A stretch of DNA of 64,000 nucleotides from Setoptus koraiensis (Eukaryota > Animalia > Arthropoda), in contig CM106585.1 in the NCBI GenBank assembly GCA_048013815.1, forward strand, positions 23,126,001 through 23,190,000, read 5' to 3'. Below are positions 35,350 through 49,200 of the stretch, one piece after another (the first letter of the stretch is position 1; each line of letters starts with the position of its first letter). Under the pieces are notes generated by a model. That model had not been told where the DNA came from. It saw nothing but the letters and a program-made list of their open reading frames with translations, and searched no databases. Made by a program: the position numbers and the translations under genes.

Positions 35350-38300
35350 CTCGTGACGCTGTTTATTTATGATGAACTAGATATATGTACAGATATTGTG
35401 TGCGAGTGTGGTTGCAATGGCAATTGCGGTCACATGGTGATGGTGGCAAAAAGAGAGAAAGAGAGTGAGAGATAATTTATTCAATTTCATGCTTCACGTG
35501 TTATTGCACAAAGTTCTGGCAGGAGCCTCTTTCTATCGGCCACTGGCCATCTGCTATCGGCTATTTGCTATCTTATACTGGCTGCTTGCTATTTGCTGTT
35601 CGTTATTTGTTATTTGTTGTTGGCTTGCAGGCTACAAAACTAACGCTCCGTCGTCCATCCTATTCCGATATGAAAGTCCGTTACGTAACTCACAACTGAT
35701 GCTGCTGTCCACACTAGGACATTTGACAGCGGCAACACTCTCGAGTGAAGCAACAAAATTGAAGCAACCAGGTGATATGTGTATCACCTTCTTATAGTGT
35801 AGTCTTATGGCGAGCGACACACAAATTCAGTGAAACAGAAATGGAAATGCAATTGCAATTGGAAATGTTGATTATAAACGCTGCTCTTCTCTCTCTCTCT
35901 CTCTCCCCGCCTCTCTTATCTTTCTTCTCTTGCGTGTGTGGCCCTATATAAATATGAAAAAGCGATTGCGTAATAACAACAACAACAACAACGAAAAAAC
36001 AATACAACCGCCAACGTGGGCACTGAGCCAGCCAACAACCCACAGCGGCACCGTTCACCTGTCGATGGCACCATCACTAAAACTGTTACTAATTCCACTG
36101 ATGCCGCAATGATATCAATGTGTGAGTAGATTTCCTGTCAACGACACTTGTTCTCTCTATCACTATCACTATGACCACTGCTACCTGCCTTCCCCCCACC
36201 CGATGCCATATGCTTGCCAGCTCGATTTATATAATATTGGCTGGCAGCTCCAACAGCAATCATGATGATGCTGATACATCATCATCATCATCGTCCGGAC
36301 ATTACGTAACATAATCCCCCTTTCTGTACTGTGTTCTATTGTGATGTTGGATTGCTTGTTTCTCTTGCTCACTACACTTAATCTATTCTTTGTGAGATCT
36401 TACTGTTGATTCAATTAGTTTGCTTTTGTGCCACATATTGCTGCTCATGGCAGAGCTGCCTCTGGCTGGCCGCTCAATTCAACTGTCTCTATCTGTCTTG
36501 TTGCTGTTGTTGGTTGTTATTGTTGGATTGAGCAGCGGGTTTAGTTTTGTTTTTGTTCTGTCTGGCCAACTTATATCGGCAGTGTTCTAGTTGGATTATT
36601 TTCACCTTTCTCATTCACACACTCATACATTTATTGCGATTCACTTGTGCAGTGTGTGAGCTCACAACAACGGTGTGTGTCGTTGTTATCGTAGGTATTA
36701 TTATTGTTGCCGCTGCATGATACGACTTACCTGATATCTATTTCTATTTGATTGTTGTGTGTGCTGATGCGAATCACATGTAACGGCAGCTTTTGAGGCC
36801 CCTTCCCAGCGAACGAGCTTCTCTTCGTTTCCGGTCGCTTGTTATTTTCTATTTGTGGCTTCTATTTCGAGCTCACTGTTCGTTGTTGCACAGCGCACAC
36901 AATTGGTTGGTATGATTAGATTATAATTAGTTCACCTGTGTTTATTTGTTGTTCTCTCAATACTGTTTGTGTGTTCAGTTGGAGTGTGCGAATATCGGCT
37001 GATTTGGGCGACTGCTGTTGTTGTAATTGTTGTCGATAACTGTTGTTTTAATCATTGCCGCCAGAGTCGCGATTGTCGATCGTTGTGTCTTGCGTAACTT
37101 GTGGCCCGTGTCTGTTTTTAGCGAGCAGCTGCTGCTCGATTGAACTGCTAATGGATGAACTGAGTTTAGAGTGTCTCACAAAGTTATTTATCTCTTTGAA
37201 ACTTTGTTTCGAGCTGTCTCGCGAATGAATAGTTGCGATAGTTGCGATAGTTGCGACAGTTGCAATAGTTGCAATAGTTGGCCCAAATGGGCAGTTTAGA
37301 CACTTGCCAGTCTACACAAGACGGCCAGTTGCAATCTGCAGTTGGTGAGCGGCAAAACTGCTCAGTTGGTGGTCGCACGACTCGCGATTAAAGGCGAACG
37401 CGAGCACGTGGCAAATGGCAAATGTGGTTTACTGCCGCTTGTGACGAGCATTGAATTTGGGCCAATTTGGTTAGTTTGGTTAGCTTGCTTGGCAGTTGGT
37501 TGGCGGGCGTTGAGGTAGCGACAGTGCGTTCGCTGGCCACCGTGTCGTTCAATGTGAGCCAGCCAATAACTGCTGGTCAGCCGGCACTGGGGCCAAGATT
37601 GTTTCAAGAAATAACGGTCAGCATATGTACATATACACGGTGTGTACAGCTACACTGTATATACACGGTACAGTGTATATGCGCTGTTCATAAGTTAACT
37701 TTACACAGCGCTTATATGATAGCGCAAGTTAGTGTCCAGTGTTAACGGTAACACTAACTACACAACACTAAAGTGTATGACGATGATGATGATGATGATG
37801 TAATATTACGTAACGCGTAACGCGGTGGCGTGTCCACTATAATCATTAGTTGTTTGTTGCACTAAATGCAATATATGGAATATACTAACTGGCACTAGCG
37901 ATGATGATTTGCTTTGAGCACTTTCACTTGCACTTTCGCTTGCTGTTGGCGTCGTTGTTGCACTTGCTGTCTCGTTGCGCTATCTTGTGATTCAAGTTGC
38001 CAGTTGCCGGCCAGTTTGCAGCCAGTTTGCGGCCACCAACGAGCTCGCACAGGCCAATGAGTGGGGCCCACGCTGACCGGTGCCACGGCGACCGGAGACA
38101 AGTGCGTATGGCGAGTAGTTTAGCTTGTGTGTGTGTTGCGTAATGGCCGATGATTCAAATGAACTGGCCAACTGGTTACTCCGTCGGCCACCAGCCAGCG
38201 ACTTGTAGTGTGTGTGCTTGTGCTGCAAAAACTTAAACTTGAACTGGCCCAAAGCCCGGATAATGATGATTGCTGGCTCCCCTTTATGCTCTCTACACTC

Positions 38301-39029
38301 TGGACGGCGTCGCTGGAGTGGAGACTTTATCTCTGCAACGTTCTCAGCACTTATTATGGCGAGCTTGTATTATCTCTCTTGTTGTGTGCTACTCACTGAC
38401 CATTGATAAAAGTAAGACGACGTCGTGCACTTATTTGCCAATATGTTGCCTTGGCGCAACTTTGCTTAATAACTTTATTAAGCTGTCCACTGGTGTTTCG
38501 GCTGGCCTAATAAAGGCTGGCTTTGCCCTGCCACTCGCTAGCTTTTATTCTTTTACTGTGCGGCCCCAATTTTCGTATCGAGCTCGCCAATTGAGCCGCC
38601 AATCTGGCCAGCGCCGATCATTACGCCACCAACAACAACAATGTAAATCTGTGAATGCCACAATCTAAATATTCCATCTAAATATCGCCCCTCATTGGCT
38701 CACTGTGTGCGTGTGTGTGTGTTTCAATCAGCTAATGATGGACCGGGCTAATGATCGATTCTGGTTGCCGCCGCCGCCGGTTGCTGCTTCTATCGCTGTG
38801 TCACTTGCTGTTGTCTAGTGGTCTGGTTGCTGGTCGTCGCTGGTTGTTGCTGGCATAATTATTCGCAAACACTGCTCGCAAATACTCGCTGGCTCCTCGG
38901 TGCGTCTCGCCTCAACGCTCGCATCCAACTGAGCACTCGGACGCGCGCCCGCTCGACACACTCTGTTTAAAATTTGTAACTTGCTCGCTCCTCACGGGCC
39001 CCACCAGCCAGACTCTGTGCCGAGTTTGC

Positions 39030-39099
39030 GCACAAACTCGGCACAAACTCGGCAAAAGCTCGGCACAAACTCGGCACAAACTCGGCACAAACTCGGCAC
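39030..39099 (+). repeat. 11-bp minisatellite (GCACAAACTCG) x6
   Basis: Five identical units and one variant (GCAAAAGCTCG); an inverted unit lies immediately upstream. Confidence 0.9.
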
Positions 39100-42000
39100 G
39101 AACAAACAAACTCTGCCATCAACGAGCACCACTTGCCTACCTTTTGCTAGCTAACCGATGGGCCCCGAACGGTCAATCCAGTCGCCGCGCCCCAAGACGC
39201 TCAGATGCGTTCCACGGCTACACACTGCAGCGCAGTGCCCCGGAAACCCGAGAAATCCGAGGAACCCGAGGAACAGCAAAATGGTGGCAAATTGGCTAGC
39301 TAAAAACTCACTTCACTCTGCAGTCTCTGCACAGGAGTCTCTACTCCTATCCAATCCAATCCAATCCAATCCACTCAGCTCAACTTCACTTGGGCGCTTC
39401 AAGTTGCCGCTTCAAATTAAATCAATCCGATTCAATTCAGTTTGATGCGATTGCATTCGATTTTGTTCGCTTCACTTCACTTGTATTCTTCTTGTGTCAC
39501 AACGGGGCCCACGACAAAACTATTATACAACTATTATACAACTGCAACTTTTGTACTGCTGATGACGCTGATGACGCCATCATAAATACCAATTATCTCG
39601 TTTATACACTATCGCTCACCTGTCATAATCTGCAACTGTCAATGGGCGCTATTGGGCACCGCACAATCTCTTGTGCCAGACCATTGCCACAATTTATCTT
39701 ATCTACCCATGATACCTGCTTCACCTGTACAGTTTGTTTGCGCAGGTATGTCGATGACGAGCAAATAAATGTCGCTCAACATACTAGATCATTTCACTAT
39801 TTATATATGTATGATGGCACAGTTTATTCATACATGATGGTGCATTTGCAAAGCAAGCAAACAATTTCTGTTTTGCTTTGCCTTCAACGGGACATTTGGT
39901 GCAGTGATGAGTGGCTTGGCAAAACCAAGCATCGGTAATTCTGATCGATGATCTGCACTCATGTGCCCATTTATACTGTGCCCATCGGGTTAAAAATGCT
40001 AGCCTCTATGCAAAAAATTGTATGAGCTAACTCATGCGATCATAATAAGTAATATATCTGGTGTATTGTAGGTTGGTTATATGACAATGGCGCGCACAAG
40101 TTTGGCTTCATTTCAGCGATTATTTGAATCTCGATCGGACAGTTGCAACCAAAAGTTATTGCCAAAAGTTGCGTCGTACCGTACGCAATGAAAATTGTGT
40201 AAAATTAAATTGTCGTGACACAATTAGTGATGATGTTCAGTCAGATGAAGCAGTCAGCGGCGATCATTCTCGTGTACTTACACTTTTAATTTTAATTGTC
40301 GTGAGCAGCACCTACAAGCCAGAACAATCCACCGGCCAGATAAATAGATGGATAAATCTGTTAGCGGTTGTTTCCACGGACAAATGTTGGTCGACGCCAA
40401 GACGCCCAATAGATGACCAAACTGTTACGCGACGGCCAAAGCGCCGAAACACGGCGGCCTGAATGAATTCCCTATCATCGATATGAGCAACAATGATTCT
40501 CATAACAAACAAAACCACTGGCAGATACTGTATTTGCTTGCGGTGGTTACAAGCTCAAAATAGTAGCGCCAATGTGCGCGACACGCAACCAAAGATCCAT
40601 CATCAATGATCCAATACAATCTACGATCCGATCTATCTTATGGCAGATATTAGAAACAACCAGGTGAAACTTGACCACAATTTGTCCCTTGAAAAGCCTT
40701 TTCTTTAGATTCACGATATCGCTGAAAATGGGGACTCGTCGTTTAGAATCGCACTGGCTACACCCAATACCTATGGCCGCCACATAGTATGGCGCAATAA
40801 CACGCAAACTGCACGCAGAGAGGATAATATTTGTTTACAGCGCAGCAACAATGTCGAAATTGTCGTTTGTCATTGTTGCTCGTTTGGTCGTGTGTGTGTG
40901 TAGGTTTAAATGATAAACCCCTCAATCATGTCATATATCACTAATGTTATTCACATCGAATGTCATGTTTGGGCGCGTCAAGCCGCGTCTCACAGTGCTC
41001 CCATGGAAGGAATTCATTTTTATTTTGCAGCGACCAATTGGTCAATTTCTGGCATTGCCCGGCATAGATGGCGCCTGTCAAGCCGAAAATAAATAAACTG
41101 CAACTACTGCGAGCTCAAGAGCGGGGGGCTTCTATCTCTGTAGGCTCGTTTCTGCAGGCTCGTCTCTTTGGGCTCTTAGGGCTCCCCGGCTCGACGCTCG
41201 GGGCCAAGCTTATCCAGATTACTTATCTGTTTGGACGCTCTATCCGCTGTTGCGACCGTTGGTTGCGTGGGCCTTCTTTGCAGCGCTTCTTTCGCACGGA
41301 CACAACCAACGGAGAGCGCCCTCCTTTTTTGCTCTCGAATTAAATGAGCGTGTAAACTTTTGAATGGTGACGTATGCTCACTTATCCCTGTTAGTTGGTC
41401 GGCTGGCCATTTATTAGATTCTCTCCACTGGCCCTCGCTCTCTCACTTGTTCTTGTCGGTGTTGGGGACTCTCGAATCGAGAGGCCGCTGTCAGTGTTGT
41501 CATTGGCCTGGCATCAGTGTCTCATTTTTGTGCTTTTGCACCACACTCTCGATGCCAACAAGACACTGCGCACTCAAACAGCTGCTTGGGGCCCATCTGT
41601 CTTGCCGCTCTCACAACAACATCCGATCTGATCCGACTTGACTCGTCGTTTCGTTTCGTCGATTCAATTCGATATGAAAGCGCTCGATGCGCCCCTCGAA
41701 CTGGAGGCGCCGGCACACAAAACGGCACTGACTCAAGATGCCAGCGTCGACGTTGCGACGGCGATAGCAGCTCTGCTGCTCGCTGCTGCGGATATATGGA
41801 TATCTGGATATCCCGCGACAGCACTCGAGCCACTGGTACTGCGAAACCGTCCGCACTGCAGAGGCCATTCAACTATGCTGCTAACACGGTGGATATGTGT
41901 ATTTATATACAAACACTGCTCACATATACGTATATATAGGCTACATGCAGTGAAAATAAAATTCGCGCGCGCGTTATCGAAAGAATTTGAGGCGCTTCAC

Positions 42001-45000
42001 ACAAACACCATATGGGGGCCATTTTTTGCATAGTGTCCAGGCTGCTTATTATAAATGATGATGCAAACACACACACACACACACTGTTGGTGTACGTCGT
42101 GTGTTTGCTTGGCCACGACTGGCCGAACACACAAATATTTGGGGCGACTTAGTTAGCCGGATTTGGTTGGAGCTCGCTGGACACACTGGTCATACAGGCA
42201 TGGTCACATGGTCAGAGATAGAGTTTCCTCTCGCTCTCTTTGGCCCCAGTGGTCAGTTTGTTGAGTGTGTGTGTGTAGCAAGTATTGAATACGGCAAAAG
42301 CTGATGGCAAACACACACACACAAACAAATTGAGTGAGCTCGCCAAAACAAATTGGTTGCTTTCACACAAGGAGCGAGTCGGCGAGCGACGGCGAGGAAA
42401 TAAGAGGCCATAGAGCGCAGCACAAAATGTAAACAAAACTGCGGGCCGAAATTGGAATTGGCGAGCCAGAGGCACGAGCAAAGTCCGGCGAGCAAGCCGA
42501 CGAGAGAGAGCAAAAATGATTCTTGTCGTCGGTGTTATTTCGTGCCATGAAAACTGCTTTTTTTCACTCTCTCTCTCTCTCGCGAACTCTGAATATTTGG
42601 AGCTGCAACCAAAACAGCAAAATACCCAAATAGCGGCCAAATAGCGGCCAGATAGCGGCCAGATAGCGGCCGAATAGCGGCAGTGGGGCGCGCAACTGTA
42701 AAGTGCATCGTAAAGTGGTTAGAGATAGAGACAGTGCCACTGGTGATATTGCTTGCCACTCAAGAGTGTGCATGACGCAATGATGTTTGCATGATGATGA
42801 TCGTTAGGCTTGGCCGGTGGCAGCTTCTTTTGAAATTCTTTTCTTTCCATTCTTTTCGCATTCGCTGCTGGCTGCCGGCTGCCGGCTGAGAATTTCTTCT
42901 TCTGTTGGCCGTGTCGCCGTCGAGTTGCCCAAAGTGAGTTTAGCGAGAACAATTCACTTGCCAGCGCCGCTTGCCGTGTCAGTGCCATCGACGGGGGCCT
43001 CAATACTATTGAGTCAATAGTAACAAAGTGTAGCTGCTGTGTTGGCGCCGCTGCTGCTGGCATAGATTTGCATAATAATTCCTATACATAAACTTTGCCA
43101 TTTTGCACGCTATACAACATTCCATCTATAACATGGATAGAAAGTTATCATCGCCGAATATAATAATATTTTTTTTTTCTTCGCTGGGGCCCCGTTTATC
43201 GCCAACTGTGCACTCTCTGTCTAATAGCTATAAAATGGATAAAATAAAATCGACAAAATCGACGATCGATTTAAACTGGCCCTGAGACAGACACGCGCAC
43301 ACGAGATTGCGATGATCGGACTAGACTGGCAACTAGAGACAAGGTGACACGTTAAGGGGCTGCGCATATGGAGCGGTTGTTGCTTCGGTGGTTGTCACGA
43401 GCCGCTCAAGTTCAAGAGATCGTCGCAACAACAACAGCAACGACAGCAACAACAACAACGACAGCAACAGCAACAACGACGCCAACAACGACAGCAACAA
43501 CCGCAACAACAGCGCATGGCTAACAAACAGACAAGTGAGGGCGAAATAAATAACAAATGCTGCCAATCGCGGCAGCATTTTTATCGCCTAATGATCAGAT
43601 CATTTTATCGTCTGCAATATCGGCTGCAATGTCGGCTGCAATATCGGCCGTAACATCGCCTGTATCGTGCGCATTACAGACTGTCTGTAATGGGGCCAGA
43701 TGCAAGCGATGGCCGGGCACCCTTGAGGAGTGCGCGCCACTTTAAAGGGTCCCGTTTTGTCGCCGTGGCGCATAATCATGAATCATCACATAGTTAGTGG
43801 TACGTGATGATATGTCAGGCCGCTACCACAACATGAGTGGGGTAAAGAGCCCTGTAAAGAGCAAATGTTTATATCGTCAAATGTGTATTACATAATAGAG
43901 TTTTCTCTCTCTATCTCTATTTACGCGATCAGCGATATAGCAGCACGATCGGCAGCGCTGACTTACGCGCCTCGTATTTCAGTCATGATTCAGCGCCCAT
44001 CACTGGCTGACGATCGCCTGGGGCCCAATCAAATTATTCTCGCCGCGCCATTGACGCTCCTCACATGCAGATGATCTAGATTTAAAGTTGTCGTTGTTGT
44101 CGGCGCTGTCGGCGTTATCGCGCGTCAACAAGATGCCCAAACAAACAACTTGTACTACACACATTTCGACCAGCACACACACAGCTGATGAGGCCAGCAT
44201 AATATTACAGTTTTGGCTGGATAATTCAGCCAGCGTTTTAGCCAGTCGAAACTTGCTGAGTTGCACAACGAAACACAGCACACTGGCGACAGTTTCAGTT
44301 TGACATTTTGGCCAAACTGATTCGATTAGGTGTGTGTGTTGTCGACAGTCGACCATTTTCGGCTGGCGGATTTGCTCCATTTGGTTCACAATTCGATGGC
44401 AAGCGAGCGGGCGCCAACTATCCGCGTGTGGATAGCGCCATTCGGTAATAGAGAGCGATGAAAAAGAGTGCACAAAAGTTGTGCAAACTCCAGACTCCAG
44501 AGTCCGAAGTCTGGAGTCTGGGGGACTCTCAAATGTGTAGGCTGCCGAGAGGAAATTTCAACAGCATTTCGTGTCTCATCTCGTTGGCTGGCGTGCACTT
44601 GATTAGCACTCGCAATTGCCGATTCCCCAGTTGTCTACACACCGTGATCGGCGCAGTGATTTTCGAAGCATCCGACCATTTGTGAGAGCGTGCTCGCTAG
44701 ATTGGCTGGCTGGCTGGCCGGCGAAACAAGACAAGTGGCAAGTAACGAGTGACGAGTAACAAACAGCAACAATGATTTCATGCCGTTTGCACTGGCACGT
44801 TGCACGGGATACTTACGGAAATTTCGTCCGACAACAACATTCTACTGAAGCAAAAAGGTGACTATTATGAAAATGATAAACTAGCACCAATTTCAATTTA
44901 AGAATTCACAATTTAAGAGTTCGCTTCTCATTCTTTTGTCCCCCTCACCTTGTTGTTGCATTGCCATCGAGGGCGATTACGCAACCGTGTTCATATTGTT

Positions 45001-46200
45001 CCTGTTGTTTTTGTTTTTTGCGTACACAAACAGAGCCATTAGTAGCTGCGCGTGTGCTCACCTTGATGCTACACTTTTCCTGTTTGTATAGGTGAGGTGC
45101 GTTATGAGGCGTCGCTACGTGCCGACGCCAGATACTGCATTCTGCATGTAACGTGGGGCTTGTGTGTCGGAGCAGCATCTTTCTACTTGGACGAATCACT
45201 CGACATCATCGCCGATAATCACCGAGAACGAGAGAGAGAGAGAGAGAGAGGGCGCGCGAAATTACGTAAACCAGTTTGTTTGTTGCCGCTTGAAGGGAGA
45301 CTAACCAGTCGCGAACAGTCGCTCGAATTCTCGAAGCGAATGAACAGTAATGTTATTATTATTATTATTAATAAGGCAAGATGAGAGTGGCTCTGTTTTT
45401 CAATCTAAATTCACTTTATTGTTAACCAGTTTATTTTTGTTTTATTTTATTTTTATTATAAGCACGCCATCGACAACAAGGCACTTTATTATTATTTCGT
45501 TGTGATTGGTGCACGCAATACAACAAACAAACAAACAAACTAACCAGCAATAATAACATCACTCAAGTAGCTGCTCGTACCTGTACACTGGCAAATGTTG
45601 TTGCGCTGTTGTAAAATTGTAGTTGACAGTTAGTAGTTAGCGTAGTTAGTAGTTGCCAATTACTGGCGCTTTAATTTTAATGCCTCTAATTGGCACGAAC
45701 AACCCAAATGGATGTATGGGCACTTAATACCATTACATAACAAGCTACAACAGCCAGCTAGCCAACCATTCGTTACATGTAATACCCATAGGCATTGGCT
45801 GTTGGCTTCAATCAATACGTTACGTGACTTCCTGTTTTGTTTGCTAAGACCTTTTTGGCTGACAATGACGATGACAATCATGATTACGGTGATCGCTTCA
45901 GGGTGCGGACAGAGGCCGACACACAAGCCAGCCACTGGTGCAGCGGGCAAGTGAGGCCAGGGGAGCAGGGCATGTAAATGGGGAGGGAGGGGGCACCGGA
46001 AGCGGGTGCTTCGGTTCGGGGGGGGGGCGGGCCGGGCAAGACATATACAAGCTAGACACACGCACACATTTGTAGCTAGGGTCTAGCTTGTATGTAAGTC
46101 TACAACAGAATGGGGGCGTAAAACCATTGAAAGGAGGACTATTGTTGGTGTTGTCGTGTGTGTGTGTGTGTGTGACACATGACGTGTCCGTTAGACTTAC

Positions 46201-49200
46201 CGTTGACTTTGATCTTAAATGGTCGCCTCAGTTCGCTACTGCTCGTCTGCTGCTGTTGCTGCTGTTCCCCCGTTGGGGCCCTGATTGAATCAGCTGATTG
46301 CCTCATCAATTCTGTATTTGCACCATTGCTGCTACTTACCAGGCATTCGTAGAGGCCGGAATCGTTCAATTGAATGGCCTTGCTGCTGAGATAAGAGGTG
46401 AGCCGATCGGTGCCCTGATTGAATTCGGTAATTTCGAAATTGGAGCCTGAACGAATCGGCGTTGAATCAGCGTTGAATAAGCAAAATAAGTGAAATGAGT
46501 GAAACGGGCGAAATGGGTGAAATGGGCGAAATGGGTGAAGCGGGTGAAGTGGGGCAAATGGGCGAAATGAGTGAATGGGCAAGGCGAGAGGGCAAACAAG
46601 AGAGGAGTCGCAATTAATTAAATAGAACAGCGACCAAGGGCGACAGTGATCATAAGCATCGGTGTGTAATGTTTACCTGTGGGCAGGGGCGAATCGGCGA
46701 AATTCCAAGGCAGCCGGTGCCAGGTGATTGCGGGCCTGGGCTGTCCCGAGGCGCTGCACTCGAGGCGAATGGGCCGGTTCAGGGGAACCTCTATGTCCGT
46801 CGGGGCGTTTATCCAGCGCAATTGAACTGAGCACGGGGCAGACGAGAGAGAGATGATTGATAAAAATAGTAGTAGTTGCCAATGATTCATGCTATCGCCG
46901 CTCGCAATCTCGCCCTATCTCTCCGAATCTCGCCGCACCTCACCCTATCTCGCCCTATCTCGCCACATCTCACTGTGTCTCGCCGTATCTCGCCGTGTCT
47001 GGCTGTATCTGCAGCTCGCCAGCCAGATCTGTCTGCCTGCTGTGACATAGCAGACGTAGCTGGCTGGCCGTATCGACTGCTCACATGTTAGATATATTAG
47101 AGATATCAGATATATTGGCGAGCGACATGCCGACGTGGCAACACAGCAGCCATCTAATCTAATTGGTACACCGCCTGACAAACGTCATGCAAATGATGAA
47201 ATGCGCTGATAAACCAACTGACACGACAGCCGCTGGCAGCAGCAAAAAAGAAGACGGAAAACGGAAAATGCAAAATGCGAAATGCAAAATGGAAAACAGA
47301 AAATGCAAAATGCGAAATGTCGAGACAACAACCACTCAACTAACCATTGACAATGACGCGCGTTGTCGAGCTGTCGTCGCCATACTGATTCTTCGCCACA
47401 CACTTGTAATCACCGCTGTCGCTGCCGGATAAATCACGGATTTTCAACAGCGAATGATCCGCATGAGTATCCACAATAACTCTGTTGTTGATTGTTGTTG
47501 CTAATTGAATCTGTTGTTGTTGTTGCTGCTGCTGCTGTTGCGACAACACCAAGCCCATAATTGGCCCATCCACTCTGTTGGATATGGTCGGCATAACAAC
47601 TACAGACATTGGGTTGTCATCTCGTGTCATGTTATGCAAATGACCTTCAGATAATGGTGACATTTTGTCGTTCAGATCGCCCACATTATCTGGCTGCCGT
47701 CGTTGTGTTTTGGCAACTATTTTGCTAGCAGCCTGTGGCTCCATCTGGCGGCCATAAAAATCACTAGTGTAGTCAATTTTGAAATTGTTCCTCTTATTAT
47801 CATCTTGTCGTGTAATTCTGTTGTGGTCCGACATTACATTTGAACCAATTAAATTGGCGCCTCTCTTGGTTTTAATCATTGTTGTTGTTGTCGCATTTTG
47901 AGCACCACCATCGATCGGTGGTTGTTGTGTGGAGTTGTCTGCACAGTGACGGTCACTATTGGCGGTGATTCCGGCGCGCGATTCTGTGAGGCCGCAATCG
48001 GTTTTGTTGTGTGTCGATAGATTGGCTTTATCGATAATTGTTGTTGCTGGGTAGTTGCTGTCGGAACGTCGGCTCAAATGATGGCCCGCATCAATGGCGG
48101 TCAAATGGGTATCGCGGTTGCTCGCGTCAGATATAAGGGCCGCTGCCGATCCAGTGTCCAGCCAGTTGAGGCCGGCATCATTATTGGCATTGTTGGCGCT
48201 GTTATTTGACAATGGCAACAGCGTCAACGGTTGGTTGTCCTTAAACCACTCTAAAGTGGGCGTTGAGGCACCGATTGATTCGAGGGTGCAAGTTAAAATT
48301 AGCGTACTGCCCTCATAGTGTTTGATGGTATCACGAGATTGAGGTACTATCTTGGGGGCCGCGAGTAACCTATTATTTGTGCCGCTAATACCCGAGCCGC
48401 CGGTCGGATTGTACTGGTATTGTTGATGATTTACACTATTGTTGGTGTCTCTGTGTCTTGTAAATTGAATTGCGTCTAGTTGCGTCAGTGCGTGTCCATT
48501 GTTGCCGTCAGCCAGGTATATCAACGCTGTTCCACATAAGTACAAATAGATTTGGTGATGTCGTTGTCGTCGTCGTCGGTGTTGTTGTTGTTGTTGTTTT
48601 GTTGTATGGTTGTATATTATTATATTGGCACGGTTACGTAATGGTGGTGGCGTGCAGTTTTGTGTTTATGTACAGAAGAATAAGAGAAGAAGACGAGAGA
48701 TTGATATTAGATGAGAAAATGTCGATTAGTATTAGATAATGTCGATTAGATATAAAGATTAGAGAGAGAGAGAGAGAGAGGGAGCCATTGTTGTTGTTGT
48801 GCGCCAGCAAGTTGACAGAAATCACATCAGCAGATCATTTGACGACGGTGATGCAACAAGATAAGTCGATATTTGTAATATTTATGTGGGCTCCTCACAA
48901 CTTGCCGTGTGCTTGTCGCGTCTAGCCAAAAAGAACTTTTTCAAAGTCAACCGACAGCAATATCTGACACGAGCCGAGCGACAATAATGAATATTGTCGC
49001 TACTGCAGTGACAAGAATGGCCAAAAAGTTGGCCTGTTGAGAGTGTTGCTCTCGATCATCGTCACTTCCTGCGACTGGCATTTTGTAACTATCAGTGGGG
49101 CCACAGCACACACTCGCTTGCCAGATTACGATCAGCTAGCGACGAGGAAAAGCCGATGAGGCAAACGGCGACATGGCTAATCTACATTGCATGGCTTATA

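Noticed and set aside
37620-37690. miRNA-like fold of a TATACAC/GTGTATA-rich tract
   Set aside because: Pairing comes from low-complexity alternating repeats; the stem is short and branched.
40124-40807. Possible retroelement remnant (TGQINRWINLL resembles an RNase H motif)
   Set aside because: Single short motif, no RT/integrase continuation, no LTRs or TSDs.
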